64,000 bases of DNA. Origin: an uncultured Methylomirabilota bacterium. GTDB taxonomy: Bacteria > Methylomirabilota > Methylomirabilia > Methylomirabilales > 2-02-FULL-66-22. This document shows positions 59,108 to 64,000 of the stretch, piece by piece; position 1 is the first letter of the stretch, and every line of letters begins with the position of its first letter. Position numbers and translations under genes: made by a program. The notes below the pieces were generated by a model that saw nothing but the letters and a program-made list of their open reading frames with translations, did no database searches and was not told the DNA's origin. The stretch covers positions 832,001-896,000 of the forward strand of contig CAWJSJ010000002.1 in assembly GCA_963845565.1 (NCBI GenBank). Direction: 5' to 3'.

Positions 59108-59210
59108 AGCAGTGAGCTTTCAGCCATCAGCGGTCAGTCAAAGAACCCTCGCTCCGTTCACGCCTCGTGTCCGGCGTCGACTTGAAGCTGACCGCTGCAT
59201 GCTAAACGCT
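59108..59210. repeat. Inverted heptamer arrays between kdpB and kdpC
   Basis: AGCAGTG AGCTTTC AGCCATC AGCGGTC ... GCTGACC GCTGCAT GCTAAAC; same units as 39848-39998. Confidence 0.7.
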
Positions 59211-59220
59211 TCGCGCGGTC

Positions 59221-61293
59221 CTACACCCAGCCTATGGCGGCCAGCAGCATATCTACCAGCTTAATGCCCGGAAACGGCAGAATCACGCCCCCCGCCCCGT
59301 AGATCCAGAGATGCCGACGCAGCACCGCCGCGGCCCCGAGCGGTCGGTATCGTATGCCCTTCAACGCCAGCGGGATCAGCGCAATGATGATGAGCGCGTT
59401 GAAGATCACCGCCGAGAGGATGGCGCTCTGCGGCGAAGCGAGCCGCATGATGTTCAGCGCGTCCAGCACCGGGTAGGTGGTGGCGAAGGCCGCCGGGATG
59501 ATGGCGAAGTACTTCGCCACGTCATTGGCGATGCTGAACGTGGTCAGCGCGCCGCGCGTCATGAGCATCTGCTTCCCGATTTCGACAACCTCCAGCAGCT
59601 TGGTGGGGTTGCTGTCCAGATCCACCATGTTCCCGGCCTCTTTGGCAGCCTGTGTCCCCGTGTTCATGGCGACGGCGACGTCGGCCTGCGCGAGGGCGGG
59701 TGCGTCGTTCGTCCCGTCGCCGGTCATCGCCACGAGCCGTCCCTCGGTCTGCATCTGCCGGATCAGCTTCAGCTTTGCCTCGGGTGTGGCTTCCGCCAGG
59801 AAGTCGTCCACGCCGGCCTCGGCGGCGATGGCGGCCGCGGTGAGGGGGTTGTCGCCCGTGATCATGACGGTCTTGATGCCCATCCGTCTCAGTTGTGCGA
59901 AGCGCTCCCGGATCCCCCCCTTGACGATGTCCTTGAGCTGGATCACGCCGAGGACTCGGTCTCGCTCGGCGACGACAAGCGGGGTCCCGCCCTCCTTGGC
60001 GATCCGATCCACGCTGGCCCGGACGGAAGGCGGGAACTCTCCGCCGCACGCCTTCACGTACGCTTCCACGGCGTCGGCCGCCCCTTTCCGGATATGCCGA
60101 CCGTCCAGATCCACACCGCTCATGCGCGTGTGGGCGCTGAAGGGAATGAACTTCGCCCCCAGGCCCTGTATGTCCCGCTCCCGGATCCGGTACTTCTGCT
60201 TGGCCAGAATGACGATGGAACGCCCCTCCGGCGTCTCGTCGGCGAGGGAGGCGAGCTGCGCGGCGTCCGCGAGTTCAGGCTCCGTGACATCCTGGGCGGC
60301 GAGGAACGCCGTGGCCTGCCGGTTGCCAAGCGTGATGGTTCCGGTCTTGTCCAGCAACAGGACGTCCACGTCTCCCGCCGCCTCCACGGCGCGTCCGGAC
60401 ATGGCGACGACGTTGGCCTGGACCATGCGATCCATGCCGGCGATGCCGATGGCCGAGAGCAGCGCCCCGATCGTAGTCGGAATGAGGCAGACCAACAGCG
60501 CCACGAGGACGGTGACGGTGATGGGCGTCCCCTGCCCTGCCGCCTGCACGCTGTAGATGGAGTAGGGCAGCAGCGTCGCCGTCGCCAGCAGGAACACGAT
60601 GGTCAAGGCCGCGAGGAGGATGTCCAGCGCGATCTCGTTGGGCGTTTTCTGACGCTTTGCCCCTTCCACCATGGCGATCATCCGATCCAGGAAGGTCTCG
60701 CCGGGATCGGCCGTCACCCGGACGACGATCCAGTCCGACAGGACCTGGGTGCCACCGGTCACGGCGCTGCGATCGCCACCGCTCTCCCGGATCACGGGTG
60801 CGCTCTCCCCCGTGATGGCGGCCTCGTTCACCGAGGCGATCCCGTCGATGACCTCGCCGTCCGCGGGGATCGTGTCGCCGGCCTCCACGAGGACCACATC
60901 TCCCTTCCTCAAGTTGGCACTGGGGACGGCGGTGTAGGCGGCCTCGCGATGCGGTGCGGAAAGGCGCTTTGCCTGGACATCCCGCCGCGCCTTGCGGAGC
61001 GACGCAGCTTGCGCCTTCCCGCGTCCCTCGGCCATTGCCTCCGCGAAGTTCGCGAAGAGTACCGTGAACCACAGCCACACGGTGACCACGAGGATGAACC
61101 AGGACGGCGCCTCACCCTTGCCGAAGAGCGCCTGGAAGAACAGGAGCGTGGTGAGGATGGAGCCCACGTACACCACGAACATGACCGGGTTCCGGACCTG
61201 CCGCTGCGGCGTCAGCTTCCGGAACGAGTCGATCACCGCCTGTCCGAGGATCGCCGAGTCGAACAGGGGGCGAGCTTGCGCGTGCGTAGCCAT
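59221..61293 (-). CDS. kdpB: K+-transporting ATPase subunit B
   Basis: [41 protein letters not shown]. Confidence 0.97.
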   Translation of the reverse strand: MATHAQARPLFDSAILGQAVIDSFRKLTPQRQVRNPVMFVVYVGSILTTLLFFQALFGKGEAPSWFILVVTVWLWFTVLFANFAEAMAEGRGKAQAASLRKARRDVQAKRLSAPHREAAYTAVPSANLRKGDVVLVEAGDTIPADGEVIDGIASVNEAAITGESAPVIRESGGDRSAVTGGTQVLSDWIVVRVTADPGETFLDRMIAMVEGAKRQKTPNEIALDILLAALTIVFLLATATLLPYSIYSVQAAGQGTPITVTVLVALLVCLIPTTIGALLSAIGIAGMDRMVQANVVAMSGRAVEAAGDVDVLLLDKTGTITLGNRQATAFLAAQDVTEPELADAAQLASLADETPEGRSIVILAKQKYRIRERDIQGLGAKFIPFSAHTRMSGVDLDGRHIRKGAADAVEAYVKACGGEFPPSVRASVDRIAKEGGTPLVVAERDRVLGVIQLKDIVKGGIRERFAQLRRMGIKTVMITGDNPLTAAAIAAEAGVDDFLAEATPEAKLKLIRQMQTEGRLVAMTGDGTNDAPALAQADVAVAMNTGTQAAKEAGNMVDLDSNPTKLLEVVEIGKQMLMTRGALTTFSIANDVAKYFAIIPAAFATTYPVLDALNIMRLASPQSAILSAVIFNALIIIALIPLALKGIRYRPLGAAAVLRRHLWIYGAGGVILPFPGIKLVDMLLAAIGWV

Positions 61294-61305
61294 GAGAATC
61301 TCCCC

Positions 61306-63114
61306 TCACTTCATGGCGAGCATCTGAAGATGCTCGACGATGGGCCCGAGTGCCAGCGCCGGGATGAACGTGAGCGCGCCGACCAAGATGACGGTGCCGG
61401 CAAGCAGCACGACGAATAGTGGGGTGTGCGTCGGCAGCGTCCCGGCGCCCGGTGGAACGAGCTTCTTCCGAGCGAGCGAACCGGCGATGGCCAGCATGGG
61501 AACGGCCAGCCAGAATCGGGAGAACAGCATGGCCAGGCCGCCGGTCGTGTTGACGAACGGGACGTTGGCGTTGTAGCCGGCGAAGGCGCTTCCGTTGTTG
61601 TTTCCCATGGAAGAGTACGCGTACAGGATCTCGCTGAACCCATGCGCGCCCTTGTCCTGCAGGCTGGTAAGCGCGGATGGGGTCAGAACCGCCACGGCCG
61701 TCCCGACGAGAACGAGCATCGGCGGGATCAGCACGACCAGGGCCGCCATCTTCATCTCATAGGCCTCGATCTTCTTCCCGAGATACTCCGGCGTCCGGCC
61801 CACCATGAGACCGGCCACGAACACGGCGACGATGGCAAAGACCAGCATTCCGTACAGCCCTGAGCCCACACCGCCGTACACGACCTCGCCGAGCTGCATC
61901 AGCCACATGGGCACCAGCCCGCCCAGCGGGGTGTAGGAGTCGTGCATGGAGTTCACCGAGCCGTTGGACGCCGCCGTGGTCGCCGTGGCCCAGAGGGCGG
62001 AGTTGGCAATGCCGAAGCGGACCTCCTTGCCCTCCATGTTCCCGCCGGACTGCAATTCATTGGCCGCGACGTCGAGGCCGGCCTTGGCAAAGGCGGGGTT
62101 GCCTGCCTGCTCGGACCCCACGGACAGGGCCAGGAGTGGCACGAAGATCAGCGTCATCGCCGCCAGGATGGCCCATCCTTGCCGGGTATCCTTCACCATG
62201 ACGCCGAAGGTGTAGCAGAGCGCGGCCGGGATCAGCAGGATCGCCAGCACTTCAAGGAAGTTCGAAAACGGCGTGGCGTTCTCGAAGGGGTGCGACGAGT
62301 TGACGTTGAAGAACCCGCCCCCGTTGGTGCCGAGCTGCTTGATGATGATCTGCGAAGCGGCGGGCCCCACGGCCAGAACCTGCTCCTTCAAGGTGGCCTG
62401 GCGCATCTTGGGCTGACCCTTCTCGTCGAGGACCGGCTGACCCTTCTCGTCGGTCGCCGGCTCCTCGTACGTCGTCGGCTGAAGGACCTCCACCTTGACG
62501 TAGGGCTGGAAGGTCTGCACGACGCCCTGGGACACGAGCAGGATGGCGCCCACGAGGGACAAGGGCAAGAGGATGTACAGAGTGGACCGGACCAGGTCGA
62601 CCCAGAAGTTCCCGATCGTCTGGGCCGTACGTCGGACCAGACCGCGGATGACCGCGACAAGGCACGCCATCCCAGACGCGGCCGAGACGAAGTTCTGCAC
62701 CGTCAGGCCGAGCATCTGCGTGAGGTAGCTCAGCGTCGTCTCGCCCCCATACGATTGCCAGTTGGTGTTGGACGCGAAGCTGGCGGCGGTGTTGAACGCC
62801 AGGTGCGGCGCGACCGCGCCGAGGTTCTCGGGATTCAGCGGGAGGGATCCCTGAACGCGCTGGAGCAGGTACACGGCAAACAGTCCGAGCATGTTGAACG
62901 TCAGCATGGCGAGGGCGTAGCTCTTCCAGGCCATCTCGGCGTCCGGGCGGACTCCCGCCAGGCGATACAGGATCCGCTCGACCGGGCCCAAAATGCGGCC
63001 AAGGAAGATTGCCTGATTCTCGTACACCCGCGCCATGTACGCCCCGAGGGGCTTGGCGAGGGCCAGCAGCACGACCAGGTAGAGCGTCAACTGGAGGTAG
63101 CCATTCGCAGTCAT
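61306..63114 (-). CDS. kdpA: K+-transporting ATPase subunit A
   Basis: [51 protein letters not shown]. Confidence 0.97.
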   Translation of the reverse strand: MTANGYLQLTLYLVVLLALAKPLGAYMARVYENQAIFLGRILGPVERILYRLAGVRPDAEMAWKSYALAMLTFNMLGLFAVYLLQRVQGSLPLNPENLGAVAPHLAFNTAASFASNTNWQSYGGETTLSYLTQMLGLTVQNFVSAASGMACLVAVIRGLVRRTAQTIGNFWVDLVRSTLYILLPLSLVGAILLVSQGVVQTFQPYVKVEVLQPTTYEEPATDEKGQPVLDEKGQPKMRQATLKEQVLAVGPAASQIIIKQLGTNGGGFFNVNSSHPFENATPFSNFLEVLAILLIPAALCYTFGVMVKDTRQGWAILAAMTLIFVPLLALSVGSEQAGNPAFAKAGLDVAANELQSGGNMEGKEVRFGIANSALWATATTAASNGSVNSMHDSYTPLGGLVPMWLMQLGEVVYGGVGSGLYGMLVFAIVAVFVAGLMVGRTPEYLGKKIEAYEMKMAALVVLIPPMLVLVGTAVAVLTPSALTSLQDKGAHGFSEILYAYSSMGNNNGSAFAGYNANVPFVNTTGGLAMLFSRFWLAVPMLAIAGSLARKKLVPPGAGTLPTHTPLFVVLLAGTVILVGALTFIPALALGPIVEHLQMLAMK

Positions 63115-63200
63115 GAGAATGCCTCCGGCTTCAACATCGCCACGAGCAGATAGACGAACAGTCCCACGGCAACAATCCCTCCGAGCACATAGAGTCCCAT
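63111..63200 (-). CDS. kdpF: K+-transporting ATPase subunit F (29 aa, absent from the ORF track)
   Basis: [32 protein letters not shown]...PE.F motif; ATGA overlap with kdpA. Confidence 0.9.
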   Translation of the reverse strand: MGLYVLGGIVAVGLFVYLLVAMLKPEAFS

Positions 63201-63213
63201 GGCAGTGTCTCCA

Positions 63214-63297
63214 CTACAGGCGGTCGCAGAACTCCACGAGCGCCCACGATAGGCCGAAGAAGATCAGGGTGATTCCAACGAAGATCACATCGCTCAT
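63214..63297 (-). CDS. 27-aa single-TM peptide upstream of kdpF
   Basis: MSDVIFVGITLIFFGLSWALVEFCDRL; RBS GGAG; ATGA overlap with the upstream ORF. Confidence 0.7.
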   Translation of the reverse strand: MSDVIFVGITLIFFGLSWALVEFCDRL

Positions 63298-63656
63298 TGG
63301 CCTACTCCCCGAGCCGACCCAGGGTTGGGGGCCTCTTCCCCGGGTCGCATCCACTCCTCTGCCTCGGCATGCACGAGGCTCCATTGGTTCGTCTTGACCC
63401 ACAACCGAACCAGTACGAGGCACCCCAGGACGGCCGTGAGATCCGCGAGGATGCGCACAGGGCCCTCCGGAACGATGACTTCTAGGGCGAACAGCGCCAA
63501 CCCGGTCACGAGTGCGATCGCGTATAGCATCGACCAGGATGGCCGTGGTCGTTCACGTATCGTGTCGCATGTCGGACGGGCGCCCCGGATGGCCCTCAGG
63601 GCCACAGGTCGCGGGGCGGTAGGAAACGTTCCCTCGTATATCCGTGTTCGAGCCAT
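63294..63656 (-). CDS. Hypothetical two-TM membrane protein heading the kdp operon
   Basis: RBS GGAGGAG; two hydrophobic helices; its stop overlaps the next start. Confidence 0.6.
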   Translation of the reverse strand: MARTRIYEGTFPTAPRPVALRAIRGARPTCDTIRERPRPSWSMLYAIALVTGLALFALEVIVPEGPVRILADLTAVLGCLVLVRLWVKTNQWSLVHAEAEEWMRPGEEAPNPGSARGVGQ

Positions 63657-63730
63657 GATCGTCTCCTCCCTTGGCTGCTCCGCTATGGAGACGATAGGCT
63701 CCCGGGTCCCGTCGTTCAACCCAAGATGGC

Positions 63731-63768
63731 GTCAAGAACGAGGGGCGCCAAGTCAAGGAGATGTCAAG
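63731..63768 (-). promoter_or_regulatory. Putative KdpE-binding direct repeats
   Basis: CTTGAC three times on the minus strand (GTCAAG at 63731, 63752, 63763), spaced 21 and 11 bp. Confidence 0.55.
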
Positions 63769-63837
63769 AGATGGGAGGGGAAACGCGCCAGGGCAAGACC
63801 GGAGGAAGAACGTCGAGTGGGACAACGGCTGCAGGCG

Positions 63838-63999
63838 TTAATCTCCCAACTTTTCGATCTTGTCCGCCCGCCCGAGGGCAACCAGGATATCCCCCCGCTC
63901 CAGCACGAAGGACGCGTCGGGAGAGACAACCACCCCCTCGCCTCGGCGGACGGCGAGGATGGTCATTGAGTAGCGCTGTCGCAGTTGCAAATCGATGAG
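63838..63999 (-). CDS. C-terminus of an RCK_C (TrkA-C) domain protein; gene starts beyond the window
   Basis: LIDLQLRQRYSMTILAVRRGEGVVVSPDASFVLERGDILVALG, a typical TrkA-C pattern. Confidence 0.8.
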   Translation of the reverse strand, partial: LIDLQLRQRYSMTILAVRRGEGVVVSPDASFVLERGDILVALGRADKIEKLGD

Positions 64000-64000
64000 G

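Noticed and set aside
2642..63153. Long antisense or alternate-frame ORFs (e.g. 2642..4351 +, 39867..42446 -, 48554..50563 +, 59311..61419 +)
   Set aside because: They shadow well-supported genes on the opposite strand, have no recognisable motifs, and are expected in high-GC DNA
1..64000. CRISPR array, tRNA, rRNA, transposase, integrase or reverse transcriptase
   Set aside because: No regularly spaced repeats with unique spacers, cloverleaf or catalytic motifs were seen; the repeats found are dispersed or short-period

Overview
A GC-rich bacterial chromosomal window with about 60 genes. I found no rRNA, tRNA, CRISPR array or transposase. Left half: solute uptake and catabolism, with TRAP, TTT and LIV-type ABC transporters, two URO-D-family proteins, an Ldh_2 dehydrogenase, a 3-hydroxyacyl-CoA dehydrogenase, IclR and GntR regulators, a HepT/MntA toxin-antitoxin pair and cinA. 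Middle: an Hsp20 pair with a HAIR-like operator, then a probable sugar-acid catabolic region (GntR, TRAP, two TIM-barrel isomerases, Ldh_2, IolB, gluconate 5-dehydrogenase, Gfo/Idh/MocA, SDR, CoA-transferase). This region is interrupted by a vapBC pair abutting an ArsM-like methyltransferase. Right: ilvBN, a lytic transglycosylase and a potassium cluster (KimA-like permease, kdpFABCDE, two extra small membrane ORFs, an RCK_C gene end). The strongest finding is that the methyltransferase TGA at 37760-37762 sits at the ArsM catalytic-Cys position, is followed by a SECIS-like hairpin, and reads through for 54 more ArsM-like codons, so it is probably a selenoprotein. Other findings: a KDPG-aldolase homolog lacking its catalytic residues, a pyruvate kinase lacking the C domain, a CinA with a degenerate PncC domain, two MITE-like repeat families (one abuts a stop codon in all three copies), an unclassified structured-RNA candidate, and four +1 frameshifts that may be sequencing errors. 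All calls come from motif recognition by eye; no database searches were run.
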